Below are positions 10,961-24,156 of a stretch of DNA of 64,000 nt, one piece after another. Positions within the stretch are counted from its first letter, which is position 1. Every line of letters begins with the position of its first letter. The translations under genes were made by a program, and so were the position numbers. Source of the stretch: Stylophora pistillata (taxonomy: Eukaryota). Under the pieces are notes generated by a model. The model ran no database searches. It was given only the letters and a program-made list of their open reading frames with translations, and was not told the origin of the DNA. The stretch spans positions 32,602-96,601 of the forward strand of contig NW_019217965.1 in NCBI RefSeq assembly GCF_002571385.2. The letters are read 5' to 3'.

Positions 10961-12385
10961 CGTGCGCGCATGCAACATGTTGTTGAGACTGGCTAAACGA
11001 ACAAAATTTCACACATCCAAAATGAGAACAAAAGAAATGTTGGACGATGTTGGATCAAATGTTTGATACTGCTTTAAACATGTTCCAACATCATCTAACA
11101 TGTTGAGTGGTCATTAAACGTGGTGGCTGACACGATAAAATGTTGGTTCACCCAAAATGTTGGATCGTCCAACATTTGATCGTTTGGCCGGGCCTTAATT
11201 ATTTTCTTGTTCTGCGCCAAACTTATCCTATTACCGGCCTGACACGAAGGGAATGACTTCAAGAAATTTCGATAATTTTTTCATCTACCATGTGTGTCCT
11301 TAAGACTGTAGTGGAGTAATTTTGGAAAATGAAATATATTACACCGAATTTTATTAAAATAAGCTTCAAGTAGCGTCTTGTTTTAGCAGTTACTATGACT
11401 GATTACCGGCAATGAGTTAATTCATAGAGTAGCTTCGCCAGGGATTAAAAAAAGATTGCATAAGCAGGAGCCCATGGGCTCCTGGCATAAGAAATTATTT
11501 TTTTGGGTGAACTCATTTCCGTTGTCAAAGTAATTCCAGTGTACTCAAGAGCCTTCTCTCAGCTACGTGACTGACACGTAACTCAGGCATTTTCGCGTCC
11601 CCCGCCATGCTCTCGTGCGGAGGAACAGCGAAGGAAATCGTCGCAACAGGTTATTTGGGATATTTCTTTTTCATTAGCGTCTTGTATAAATGCGATTTTT
11701 TTTCCCGGTATCTAAGTACTTACTGTCATTTACCTTGATTTTTTTCCGACACTTGCTGCCATCATAGAAAACAATGTATCATTCGAAACGTACGGAGAGA
11801 TTTTGAAAAAAAAGTACATATTTTTTTGTCCTCTAACGATTGGGCCTGTTCAATGCGTGTAAACCTGAGTTAACTTGTGTAATATCTTTATTCTAAAGGC
11901 AAAAGTGTTTGAAGAAAGCTGAGTAAACTTTAATTCGGAATTTTGCTGACAGATAAGGTGTCAATTAAGGCGAAGCAAGACGCAAGGGCGAGAGAAGACT
12001 TTTCAAGGCCAAGCGTAACAACACTGAACTTGACACGTTGCGTAACTTGAGAAGGCGCACTTGGGTTCGGCCCTACACGCTTGTGGCCGGTTAATAACGA
12101 AACCCACGTCATAACTGAAGAAATTGATGATAGCAGAGTGGAAGGTCGTAAGGGAAAGGGAGAACGATATGTGTTACGAAAGACTTCATAAGTCTCCGAA
12201 CGCTTTGGGAATCGTCTGTGTAAAGCAAGCTTAACGATAACTTTGCATAATCAGTTGGATTGTCGGTGGTCCATGAACCGTAAACACTGCTCAGTGTGAA
12301 AAGTACCTTCGACGTTCAAGGATTTCCGATTCTTATAGAATCAAAACAAGAACTTATCTTAAAACACGCTTCTGAATTTGCTATT

Positions 12386-15300
12386 ATGGCCATTTGCGAC
12401 CTTCATTTTAGCAGACTGTTTTATTTTATGATGGCATTTTCGATGCTGAGCACGGCAACAATCGCCGGACAAATTATCAACAGAAACGATAGCTTGTCGT
12501 CTTCTTCGAACAAAAATGACTTCCTGAACCGGACAGTTGTTTTAAACGACGCAAGCGAGCATTTTTTAGATCTGATATTCCACGAATACACGGACAACTT
12601 GACGGAGAAAATCTCCATTGCACGTTTTAAAGACTTATTGAATGTTTTAAACCTTGGAGAGGTCGTATCGACGAAAGAAACATCGATGCAGCTTCCTAAA
12701 GGAACATCTCATGGACATGGTGGCCAGAATTCTCAAAGCCACAATGGAGAATCTGGTGAAGCTTCAAGGCTGAGGAACATGCGAAGGCGGCGAAGCGAGC
12801 ATCATTCCAAGGGAGGACGGGGACAATTGCAGTTGAATTCAAAGACGACCCAAATTCTCATGAGGTCTTCACGAAGAGAACGGCGTCATAGTAAAGAACG
12901 TAGCCATTCCAATAAAGGTCACACGGAGGTGAGATATTCCGCTTTAATTAAAGAGCTTTTTTTCTTATTATTGTTTATTCTGCTTGGAGCCAGAGTCTTA
13001 ATTGCTGAAGATTCTTTTGGCAGTTATGATTTTAGTTGTAAGAGAACTTTAATTGCTTATGTTTAGAGGACAAACAACATTATGCAAAAAACCCGGCGAA
13101 ACTGCGTACTTTTCGATTTAATAATTAGGATTTAAGCCTTCAGAGGGCTTAAAAGGTACCCGTCCCACTCTCTTATTATGTTAGATTAACAAAAGTATAT
13201 TTTTTCTACACGGACTAATGCGTTTATCAAAACTATGGAAATCACGAGAAAAATGCACGAGTTTTCTTTAAATTGTAACCAGTACTCTTGTGATGAAAAA
13301 CTCAACGAAAGGAAATTGCATCCCTAATTGGATTATTTTGACAAGATGTGTAATCGAACTCGCCGTGAATTTTACACTAAAGAAAACGAATATACGCACA
13401 AATTCCGAAAATTTGATGTAAAAATTTTGTGTGCTTAAGGTGGTGAAGGACTCTTTAATTCTTTTTCTTGACTGGGCAGGACAGTGTGGCATTGTATACT
13501 CAGTTTTCATTCTCCGACTTATAAACCTTGTTTGAACTGAAGCTGGAAAACCTGTGCGCTTTCGTGACCGGCTAGGCAGTGTCTTCTTCCTTCTGCTAGT
13601 GTGGTCGAATTCAGCTCCCAAAACTTGCCTTTCTCATACACTGACAAATTTCTGTCACAACTTCGGAAACACCTCTCAGTGCGTATAATAAATTACACTT
13701 GGAAATGCAAGGAACAATTGAATATCTGCACAAGATACTGCTCCAGAACGAGTTTGGGAACCCCTCAATTTTTATTACAAAACTTTCCTAACTTTCTTTT
13801 GGATAAACCGGCTAAAGGTGAAGTTTGACGAAACGTTCAAAGCTGAATCATTCCAAAGAATGAATTCAGACAACCTGGACTCTTTCAGACGTAAACTAAT
13901 CCTTCTTTTCTCTTACTCTCCTTGATTTGCATTTTAAATATAAAGGATTCCATTGTAGTTGTAATTACCATAGCCTAGTTTTATCCAGGGTCAACACGCT
14001 AGCATATATTCACGCACAAAGAAACACGCTTGAACATATTTACACGTTAACATATACACAATGCGCTATGTAATAGAGTAAAAAATTATAGTGGCCCCAA
14101 CCCTACGTAAGAGATTCAGTGTATGATTAGTAAAAAGATGCAAGATTCTTGGTGTGAAAATCTCAATTGAATAATTTGAAAACGGCCTGCGGTCGTCAAA
14201 CTCTTTTAAGAATTCAAGTTAAGGGAGACTAGAGGCTGTTGAGCCAATATATATATAGCCAACTGGTTTGCCTTCGGCCAGTTGGGATTCTTAACAACGT
14301 TATTTTCAATTTGAATTATTTGTTTAAGTTGTTTCGTGGAAAACCTGTAAACTAGCTTCTAGCTAAGTGTCTGTCCACGTTAAAATGTTTATTATTATTA
14401 TTATTATTGTGTCGGGATTTTTGAAACATTGAATGTGATTTCGTAAAGCGGTACCATTATCGAAGCAGCACGAAACATCCTATTGTGGTTGTACGAACCA
14501 ACAAACAATGAATGTTAGCGATAAAGGATACCGCTCTATGTCTCCTTAAAAAGTTTACAGCAATAACATCACTATCAAGTGTTTTCGAGTTGTTCTCAAC
14601 TGAAATCTTAAACTAGCTAGCATTTTCCCCCCCAGCTCGTTTAAATGACTTTCTGCATTCCGCGAACCGAGATGACTTTAACTTTAGAATTAGCAAAGAT
14701 TCTGTTTTGTTCTTTTATTTGCTCACGAACAAACAGCATACGGCAAAAGCAGAGCTCTCAACACTGCTTAAAAATAGCTTAAGACACGCCCATATTCATT
14801 AAGTAAATAAAATTATCTGTTTTTTCTTCAAATTAAGTCTAACGCAAAGTATTTGTTTTTTGTATACACCGGCATTAGCAATTCTCGGCTAACTTGTGAT
14901 CGCACAACTGAACAAGCCTCGCAGACAGGTGGACTGGTTCTTTTGACTGTATCACTGAGACTAACACCCCGGCCGCCGGGGAGATCGAAGATAGTTATAT
15001 TTATTCTAGAAGTAGTACGTTTTTCCAACTTGTTATTCACCACCCTTTGGTTCACGAGGATTTGCCTTGCAAGGTCAGATTACTTCCGGCGACGCCGAGG
15101 ACCTCTGTGGCCTGTCTAGACACTCATCTGGAACCCCTCTACATAATAGCGAGGCAGGGCTTTCTCAGAAAATTCTCCCAAAATAAAAGTTTCTCTTTGG
15201 CTGAGATATTCCCGAAAGAGGTGTGATTCAAAACCGGAACGAGAACTAGAGCTATAATTGAACAAAAGATCTAAAGCGAGACAAGCCTTAGCTTGTTGAT

Positions 15301-18300
15301 GTCAAGGTCTGTCAGCACTCCTTGAAAACTCTTCTAGAAGTGCTGACAGAATTGCAGCAGGAAGAAATAATTAGGTATGGCTATGCCCGGTCCCAAAATA
15401 TCCATGGTTTTCTCGCGTTCTTGTTGTTGTTGTTGTTGTTTTTTTTTTTCAGCTTGTAGCCTGAGTACCAGTCTTTCGAGACGAATATGCTTGTATCTTT
15501 TTAGAGTTAGTGTGAATCTCTTTCTGTTGAACGCTTTTGTATGTCTGTCTGCCTTTGCCCGGCCGGGAGATTTTGCGTTTGTGCCAATTTTCAAAGTTTC
15601 GTGATCTCTCTGGGTTGGTAAATCTCTGTTAAGCTAAGAATGTCATCTTTTACTTTAATCTTTGAGTCACGATAGATTTCTTATCATAAAAGTTACTTTT
15701 ACAACTAAACTTAATTAAAATTGACTTTTTCTACAATGTAGATAAGATTTGGAGTCGACTCAGGAAAAATTATGTGATCTGCCAAAGCGAAAGCGACAGT
15801 CACGATGAGGCGAACATATTTGAAAAGTAATTCTGCTTTGCGTGGGCGAGTGTTTGCATGGGCGAATGTTTTTTTTGCGTGGCCTCTTTTCTATTGCGAT
15901 GTTGAGACTCTTTCAGCGGGACCCGCCTAGATCATGTTTATTTTTTCTTCTGAACCGAACTCCCTTTGCACAGTTTTCCCAGTTAGTATCACTTTACTCA
16001 TCTAGACCTCAACAAAGTGAGGTCTATATGAGTAAAGGTCAGGCACACTACTATGGCTCTTCCGCTTTGGATAGATTAAAAACCATTTTGGTCTCAAAAT
16101 TATTCTGCATCTCGGAAGAAGCCGCAGAGATCTGCCAAAGCAACGAAATTCATTTCGAAAGGGACTTGGAAAGTTCGTTTAACCGTACGCGTTACGTGTA
16201 TGGACTTTAGGGCAGCACTTAATTTAACAACACTCATGTAAATAATTGATTTAACTTACGTAATAACTCACATTTAGAGTAAATGGGTTAAGAACTGTCA
16301 ACCCTTGGTGGAGAATTTTGGTGAGTCAGTTTCGCGCTCCTATTCGCCTTCCTTTTGATATCAACTACTTACATATGCTTGTTGGAGGGTAATTTAAGAT
16401 TCTTCTAGAGAAGTGAAAGTAGATGTGGTCGTCGAGCTCTTAAAACAAACCTACGCTAATTCTTCTATTTTTTCGGGAGGAACAAGAGTGGAATCAAATA
16501 ATATCGAGAAAGATACGTAACTAAATTAAAGAGCGTATAGTGCCCGCGCCCGCGATACATTTACAATAGATCCAGAGGAATGGAACACCTGGAACGAAAC
16601 TTTGGAAACGCTGAGAAAAAAAAGACTTCGAAAGCAAAATCTAAATTGAAATTTAAAGAATTGTTGTAAGCAAATGCTGCTCTCATATTAAAGTCTCCCC
16701 CATTTATTCAAATAGCTCATTAGATAAAAAGGGAAACAAACTCCTGGGGCAGTTTTTAACACGGAGTAATGACTGATTTATTTCAGGGTGACAATTTTGG
16801 TAATTTTTTATGACAAGGTTATGTCATCAGTGTATTTATTTCAGGGGCGTAGCCAGGATGTTTCAAAGGGGGGTCACAGAGGCTACTCACCCTTTACACC
16901 GCTGCTCTCGCGCGTGTATCAGCGGGTGCAGTCGTATTATCGCGGCTTGAAGGCCCATATTAACTAAATACAAGAGCCGTTGACGAAAATACTTTACAAA
17001 AAAAACAAATTTTAAAAAAGTGGGCTTTTCAACAATGGCTTTTACGGCCAAGATATTGTCGTGGCGTTTTCGCCACCTGAATATTGTAGGTTGTTTGCTC
17101 TAAAGAAGGCCTACAAAGGGGGGTCACAGGCACCCCAGGACCCCCCCCCGGCTACGCCCTTGTATTTGCGTTCATTTGATGGCCATTGTTGCAACAAAAA
17201 GCTGGTCTCGAAAACGTTCTCAAGCCGAGATCAAGTCGATGAAGTGAAATTGTGAGGTAATTTTGTAAACGATCATGTGTTTCTGATGAATTTTGCGTCT
17301 TTTTCTTCTTAAACACCGGCTGAATCCAAAGAGCGCGTGTTTAGAATGACAAGTCTAATTAAGTGTACGTTGCAGCTCTTGAGCACCCTAACAGCGTTAT
17401 GGTAAAGGAACATAGAGTTTGCACATGTACATTTTGTCAAGTCGTTTTATTCGTTAGATTTCCCCAATTTTTGTGCCTTTATCCATCAGAATACTTGAAT
17501 TCAACATACCCTGTTTCTAAAGTGAATCTGTCATTAGGTTTTTCTTCGATTACTGGGTGGTTTTTCTCGATTTCTTTGCTTAAAAAAATACATGACCAGT
17601 CACACTATAATTGCTAGGATACTAAAGATAACTCTAGACTTCCTTTTGTCGGGATTTAAATGTTCTTTCAGATTCCAAGCAGTAAGACGAAAACGTATTG
17701 CGTTAGTTTTAATATTTGTACCTTTGTTTACAGCAGCGTTTTAACTATTTCATAAATTAAGTTGCACAGTGATGTTTTACAGAAACTAAATTGAGGAGTA
17801 ATTTTTCTGCGATCCGATTGTCGTCAGATACATTACCACCGGTGATGAAGAACATTATTTTTGTTCGAATACCTACTCGATTTGTAGTTTAAATGAATTA
17901 ATAAAGTTTTGAAGTACACATCGAAATTTTATTTGAGATTTTGCCAAACCTTTATCGCCACAAATGTTATTTAACTCCATTCGTGGAAATTAGTAGAGTG
18001 TAAGTACCAGGGTTGTTATTCCTTTCTGAAAAAAAAAAAAAAAGAGTCGTTCATTTTAAATGGAGATTTTAGTTACTGCAAGAAATACAAGAAATAAGAT
18101 GCTGTAGTTCACTCATGATTTTGCGTGCAGTGGCAGATGTCCAGTTCGAATTTCCCTTGGCACAAGGCATTTAAAATTAATGAAGGAAGTTCTATGAAAG
18201 TTTCATGCCTCTCATAAAGCTGTAACATGCACGTAGATAAAGTCAGGTTCCCGTAGCTTTACATTTGCGTTTATTTCAGTGTTTGACAGGACACGAGCTT

Positions 18301-21300
18301 CTACACATCCATGATGTGAATGATAAAGAAGGATTGGGCGAAGAAGACTTTGTACGGATTTGTCCGGCATTAATTCAGCAACTCCAAGACAAAGCTTGCA
18401 TTATAGACAACCTGGAAGGCAATGACATGGGAGAAGACTCGGCCAAAATGTTGCATGGTAAGATTTGATAATGAAAGTAAGTTTTTGTTTGAAAAAGAAA
18501 ATTTATATTATTTGACCAAAAAAATTTAAACGAAAACGCAAAACAGATATGAAGACACATTTTACCTAAGCCCTTCTCTGCGCAGAACCAAAAGCGCAAC
18601 ATCTCTTAAGAGGAATAAAGGATTTAGGACGTTTTATTAACAAAAAGCAATTCTAAGTAAAAACAATTCTGCAACTGTCATGCGCCAATTAGTAAATGAA
18701 ACAAATACGCTTGTCAACATTCTTAGAATCTGTAACTGGTGGAACCCTTGAATTAAAATTATTTATATTTTGTCATCGAAAGATCGTCTATTTTTAACTG
18801 CGTTTTTGGTACGAAAGGCGCGCGAATTTCGTGAAGTATTTGCTGTATGAACTAAGAACTTTAAGGGGACTTGTTAAATTACTGGGGATAATATTCGTCT
18901 CCGTCAGGGTAGAGATAACAGGTTTTAGTGCTGATTATATTTTAGAACAAGCGATACTTGTTACTTTAATTATTATGTAGTGTCACACACACACACCCAA
19001 AAAAAAAACTACGAAAATAAGTTAATGAATGTTATGATTGCTACATGTCGATACTGGTTTGCGTGTCAACTTTACAATGATATCTCAGTTTACGCGGGGC
19101 CAAGACTTAATTATCAGACTGATTTTGTTAGCGCGCAAAACTTACCGCTTTGTCACCTTCAGCTTGACGGAAACACCAATATAATGGCGAAGTGTTGTGC
19201 CGAAACACAACAGCAGCGACAATAGAGCAAGAAAGAACAATTATGGTTGAGAATGAAGATTATTAACACGGATTAAAGCAGAAAGCATAATCTTGCTCTT
19301 TTAAGTCTCAGCCGCAACCAGAATAGATAATTTCAGAAAATCATATGTAAAACTTCTAATCCATTTTTTCAAAACCTCCAACCACGCACGCCCTTGTCCA
19401 AACTCGCCTCAGAATCTTGTTGCCTTCATCCTCAGAATAAAAAAAACTCGTTTTGTTTCAGTGTGGGGTTATGGTTTCCTATCTATCACTGTCATCAGTT
19501 TGACGTCACTTCTTGCGATCGCTGTCATTCCTTTGATGCGTCATTCGATTTACAAGAAGATCATGTCCTTCCTGGTGGCGCTTGCCGTGGGAACCTTGTC
19601 TGGAGACGCCCTTCTTCATCTTATTCCTCATGTAAGGCGAACGACTTGTTAAAATTCCAACTCTGAACGACGGGTTGACGTTAATTAAGTGAAGACTGGT
19701 TGACCAAATGAGTGATGTGCATACGAACCAAAAAAAGGATAAAACTAGCGCCAAAAGAGAGAATGAACCTAACGTCGATGAAACAACAACAACAAAAATC
19801 AAATGACAGCGCGAAAGAGCAATTCTGTGGACAAACGACCGGACATTTGATTGGCTGAACGAAGAACGAACGAACAAACGAACGCACCAACGAACTGACG
19901 AACGTGCAAACGAACGAACGATCGAGCGAGCGAACGGGGGAACGAACGAGTTAGCCAGCGATCGAGCGAACGAAATAACGAACGCACAGCCGAACAGGCG
20001 AACGAACGCAACGAAAAAGCAAGTGTGAAAGTGGGTGGGCAAACAAACTTAACGAGGCAATGACGCTACTAACTCTACTAACAACTTCACAACCGATCTA
20101 ATGAGTTACACGAGGACGAGTGATGTGAGAAAGTAATTCAAGACAGAGAAATACATGGAAGAGTGAGTGGACGTACAAACAAAACAAACTCAGAACGTAT
20201 GCAAGTTAGGAGAGGATTGGTATGTTAGTGTAGATATAGTTAACGAGCACTATCCATAAGAACTGTTAAAAATTTGAAGTCTTAACTAATATGAACTGAC
20301 AGGATTTGAGGGAAAGAATTCATTTCAGTGTTGTTATTTCAGGCTTTCGTCTCCAGTCACGGTAACGAAGAAGGGCATAAGATGAACATTTACAAGTCAT
20401 GTGTCATCATGGCAGGAATCTACGTCTTTTTCACGGTTGAGTGCATGTTGAAAGCACGCATGGCGCGAAAGAAACGCTCACATGGTAACCTGCACGTCTG
20501 TGACGACGTGACAACTCCAGAAAAAATGGTAAGCTTCCGCATAGATTAGAGAAATTTTCGATGTTGGGTAAAACCTTACAAATACGAGCCAAATAGTAAA
20601 TTACTGTGGTAATTTATGCCAGTTTTTGTAGCCTGAAACGATTCTGAAAATTGCCTCTTCTCCCTGGAGGGGATGCTAGTCCGTCGCAGCGTAGCTCCTA
20701 GAATATCTAGCCAGGGTTTTCCTTCGAACCTTGCTAGAGGACGACAGCAATGGTAAAATTGTTTTGCTCAAGAACGTAACAAAGTGAACTCGGTTAAGGT
20801 TCAAAACGCTACATATCAATCTAGTCAAGTCTGCCTAAAGCACCCCATGGAAAGTAGTCAAGTCTGCCTAAAGCACCCCATGGAAAGTAGTCAAGAATTG
20901 CTTACGTGTAGTTTCACGACAATATAGATGACTGGTTTTGAAATTCGCCCGTGTGCTTAACAAGTCAGTTATACAATAAATTCAGTTCTGATCATTGACT
21001 CTTAACTGCCCTTGCTTGAAGCCAGTATCGCTTATTTGCGTTGTGATATTTAACCCGTGATTCATTTGCACTTTGTTGCAAAAGCTCTGTATGTTGACTT
21101 TAATTTCGCTTGTTTGTTTCTTAAAGAAAAAACAAGCTGCGAAATATCAGGAAATGGTTGGTTCAAGGCTCGCTGGAATTCAACGAAGTATAAGCTGCGA
21201 GGGCGCCCACTTTCCTAAGGCCAGCGGAGATATTTCAGGAGGTTGTAAAACAACGTCTTATGAAATGGTCCATTTAGAGTCTGGGAAAGAGGAGCGTGGT

Positions 21301-24156
21301 AGCACAAGCTCCGAAAGCTCCCAAGAAAAAGTGCCGTTGTGGGAGCCTAGAGGCCATGGTCATCATTGCCAACAGCGCGACAGTGTGCAAGAACGGGGTA
21401 GACACAGTTTTAGCGACTCGCACCTTATAGCTGCATTGCAAGGCAAGTCTTGCATCCATCCCAACATTTACTCCCATAACAACTTTTCTGCCAGCGGTAC
21501 TGACAGCCACGACCCAACCCACCACAACATCAATCAAATTCGCTCTCACCAAAATGATCAGTACTCGCACCAGGTCCCCACCGAATCAAACACGATTGCC
21601 ACGGAAACGACGAGTGATGCTGGAGACGGTGGCTACGGCGCGGAGAATGGGCACAATAATCATCATCACCACAGCCATAACATTGACAAGAACACCTCCA
21701 TTGCTACTGTGGCGTGGATGGTAATTGTTGGTGATGGTTTCCACAACTTTAGTGACGGCCTTGCAGTTGGTGTGGCGTTTTCGGCTTCATTGACAAACGG
21801 TCTCACCACGGCTATAGCGGTGTTCTGCCACGAGCTTCCGCACGAGCTAGGTCAGTTGTGTAGTGTTGTTGTGAGCTTTTGGTGTCGCTGAGGTCTTCAG
21901 GTTTCTTACTTAATGCCATGACGAAGACACAAGGTTACCCGAAAGCTTCCCAGTTCTCTTAAAAATCAGTTTTGAGGTGTGTTAATCTGTGGATGGATAC
22001 AGATCTTGGCTCTCTGTTCTCCCCTCTTTTCTGCTGCATTCTTTTGAGAGAAAGAAGCTTGCCAGATAGCCTATATAACCTGCCTCTGATTTTGGGATAC
22101 TGATTCAAAATTGTTTAGTTTTGGCATCATCGGCAAGACAAGATTTTGAAAAAAAAAAAAGGTGCATTTACCAAGCGGACATTTGAACCTTTAGAGTATA
22201 GATGGCTCTCAGAAGTGGCATAGAAACAGAAAATTGTCCATGGAATCAATCAGATAATGAGTGAAATTCAGTGTATCAGAGATTATTTCAAGTACATCAT
22301 GATTCTGATGTTAATTTTTACTTGCTTCTCCTCAGGTGATTTTGCCGTTTTGCTTAAGTCAGGTCTGACTTTTAGGCAAGCCCTGGCTTACAACTTTGCA
22401 TCAGCCATAATTTCTTATATTGGCCTGATTTTGGGCATCATTATTGGCGACATGCAGTCTGCTCACACTTGGGTGCTGGCGCTCACCGCTGGGATGTTCC
22501 TTTATATATCTTTAGTTGACATGGTAAGACACACAACAGCCTCAATAGATTATGTATTCATCTTGGAACTCAAATTTAACTTGTATAACATGGGTTAAGC
22601 TCACAAAATGTGGACACTAACCAAGTCGATAAAAAAGTCCCTTCTCTTAAGACGAAGATTTGTTATGTTCTGGACTTAAACTTTTGCACGATCGTTGAAT
22701 AAGAAGCAGAGTTTGTTTGGGATTACAAACGGAGTGGTAGCCAGCGCGTTTTAATCCAGAGAGGCCGTAATCCGTGTGCGCGCGAAAACTGTGTTCAGCC
22801 ACCTTAACCTTTTGAACCCTAAGAGAGACTAGCATCTAATTTCTCCTGACCCCCTCCACCCATGTTCCTCAGCTCCTTGACCCCTAAGAGTGACTAGCAT
22901 TCAATTTCTCCTGAGGGNNNNNNNNNNNNNNNNNNNNNNNNNNNNNNNNNNNNNNNNNNNNNNNNNNNNNNNNNNNNNNNNNNNNNNNNNNNNNNNNNNN
23001 NNNNNNNNNNNNNNNNNNNNNNNNNNNNNNNNNNNNNNNNNNNNNNNNNNNNNNNNNNNNNNNNNNNNNNNNNNNNNNNNNNNNNNNNNNNNNNNNNNNN
23101 NNNNNNNNNNNNNNNNNNNNNNNNNNNNNNNNNNNNNNNNNNNNNNNNNNNNNNNNNNNNNNNNNNNNNNNNNNNNNNNNNNNNNNNNNNNNNNNNNNNN
23201 NNNNNNNNNNNNNNNNNNNNNNNNNNNNNNNNNNNNNNNNNNNNNNNNNNNNNNNNNNNNNNNNNNNNNNNNNNNNNNNNNNNNNNNNNNNNNNNNNNNN
23301 NNNNNNNNNNNNNNNNNNNNNNNNNNNNNNNNNNNNNNNNNNNNNNNNNNNNNNNNNNNNNNNNNNNNNNNNNNNNNNNNNNNNNNNNNNNNNNNNNNNN
23401 NNNNNNNNNNNNNNNNNNNNNNNNNNNNNNNNNNNNNNNNNNNNNNNNNNNNNNNNNNNNNNNNNNNNNNNNNNNNNNNNNNNNNNNNNNNNNNNNNNNN
23501 NNNNNNNNNNNNNNNNNNNNNNNNNNNNNNNNNNNNNNNNNNNNNNNNNNNNNNNNNNNNNNNNNNNNNNNNNNNNNNNNNNNNNNNNNNNNNNNNNNNN
23601 NNNNNNNNNNNNNNNNNNNNNNNNNNNNNNNNNNNNNNNNNNNNNNNNNNNNNNNNNNNNNNNNNNNNNNNNNNNNNNNNCTCAACTCCTTGACCCCTAA
23701 GAGTGACCAGCATCTAATTTCTCCTTACAATATCCCCCTGACACACACATTAAGGTCATGAGAATAAAAGAAAGGATCACATGTTAAAGAAGCTCTTGAT
23801 TGTCCAACAAATTCTCCTCGCCAGCACTTCAGGGAAAGTATAGTGAACAGTATGGAGAATATGCATGCTGATGTAGGAATGTAAAAGGTTAAATGCGGAA
23901 TGTTTCTTACATGCAGAGGACGGCTGTTGAAGAAAAAAAAAAAGGAGTGAGAAAAATGATTCGAAAAGCGGGCACAAGTTATAGTTTCAGTTTGTTACTA
24001 TTGTTGTTAAACGGTGATTTCCCTTTCCTTTCATAGCTCCCTGAACTTAGCAACTACATAAACGAAGGAGGTGGATTGCCAGTGGTATTCTCACAGAATC
24101 TGGGCATATTGACGGGAGTATCGATAATGCTGACGATAGCTTTGTATGAGAGTTAA
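12386..24156 (+). CDS. SLC39A10: LIV-1 subfamily ZIP zinc transporter, ZIP10/ZIP6 (foi)-like, about 702 aa
   Basis: Exons 12386-12928, 18280-18457, 19462-19631, 20343-20528, 21127-21850, 22336-22523 and 24037-24156 (2109 nt, phases consistent, GT-AG). The protein has a hydrophobic signal peptide, an N-terminal FLDLIFHEY...FKDLLNVLNLG block, a CPALIQQ PAL motif, TM1-2 ALAVGTLSGDALLHLIPH, a His-rich loop, TM4 GDGFHNFSDG, TM5 CHELPHELGD (HEXPHEXGD signature) and the C-terminus QNLGILTGVSIMLTIALYES*. ZIP10 versus ZIP6 cannot be resolved without a tree. Confidence 0.92.
14252..14408 (+). mobile_element. 3' fragment of a SINE ending in (TTA)n
   Basis: GCCAACTGGTTTGCCTTCGGCCAGTTGGGATTCTTAAC hairpin followed by a (TTA)n tail. 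Confidence 0.5.
16842..17162. mobile_element. MITE with GC-rich TIRs
   Basis: TIR CAGGGGCGTAGCC.GG / CCCGGCTACGCCCTTG; identical TATTT on both flanks (16837-16841, 17163-17167). Confidence 0.75.
19855..20015. repeat. Degenerate (AACG)n microsatellite in ZIP intron 3
   Basis: Run of GAAC/GAACGAAC/GAGC tetramers; explains the spurious ORFs at 19506-20042 and 19799-20011. Confidence 0.9.
20822..20894. repeat. 33-bp tandem duplication
   Basis: TAGTCAAGTCTGCCTAAAGCACCCCATGGAAAG twice, plus the start of a third unit. Confidence 0.9.
22804..23892. mobile_element. TTAA-flanked (piggyBac-like) MITE family copies around a 763-nt assembly gap (22918-23680)
   Basis: TTAACC...CCTAAGAGTGACYAGCATCTAATTTCTCCTTACAATATC...GGTTAA. 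Further copies at about 34770-35265 (interrupted), 37771-37977, 38078-38277, 38346-38532, 41843-42045 and 59255-59464. Confidence 0.75.

Larger units (their letters stand above)
9694..11195. mobile_element. PIF/Harbinger-like MITE with nested insertions
   Basis: TIRs AGGCCCGGCCAAACGAT-AAATGTTGGACGATCCAACAT / ATGTTGGATCGTCCAACATTTGATCGTTTGGCCGGGCCT. 3-bp TAA on both sides (9691-9693, 11196-11198). Subterminal CAACATGTTG repeats. Confidence 0.85.

Noticed and set aside
12296-12385. Upstream extension of the ZIP first exon ORF
   Set aside because: GTG start; the signal-peptide-like sequence begins at ATG 12386.
4200-12385. MTF-1 metal-response-element cluster upstream of the ZIP gene
   Set aside because: By eye I found only an isolated TGCRCNC match (about 10963) inside a transposon. 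No cluster is supportable without a proper scan.
19506-20042. 178-aa hydrophobic - strand ORF
   Set aside because: Generated by the (AACG)n microsatellite and the antisense of a ZIP exon.
22890-23713. ORFs of 260-270 aa in the track
   Set aside because: They run through the 763-N assembly gap. The flanking ZIP exons join cleanly (VDM|LPEL), so no coding exon is needed in the gap.
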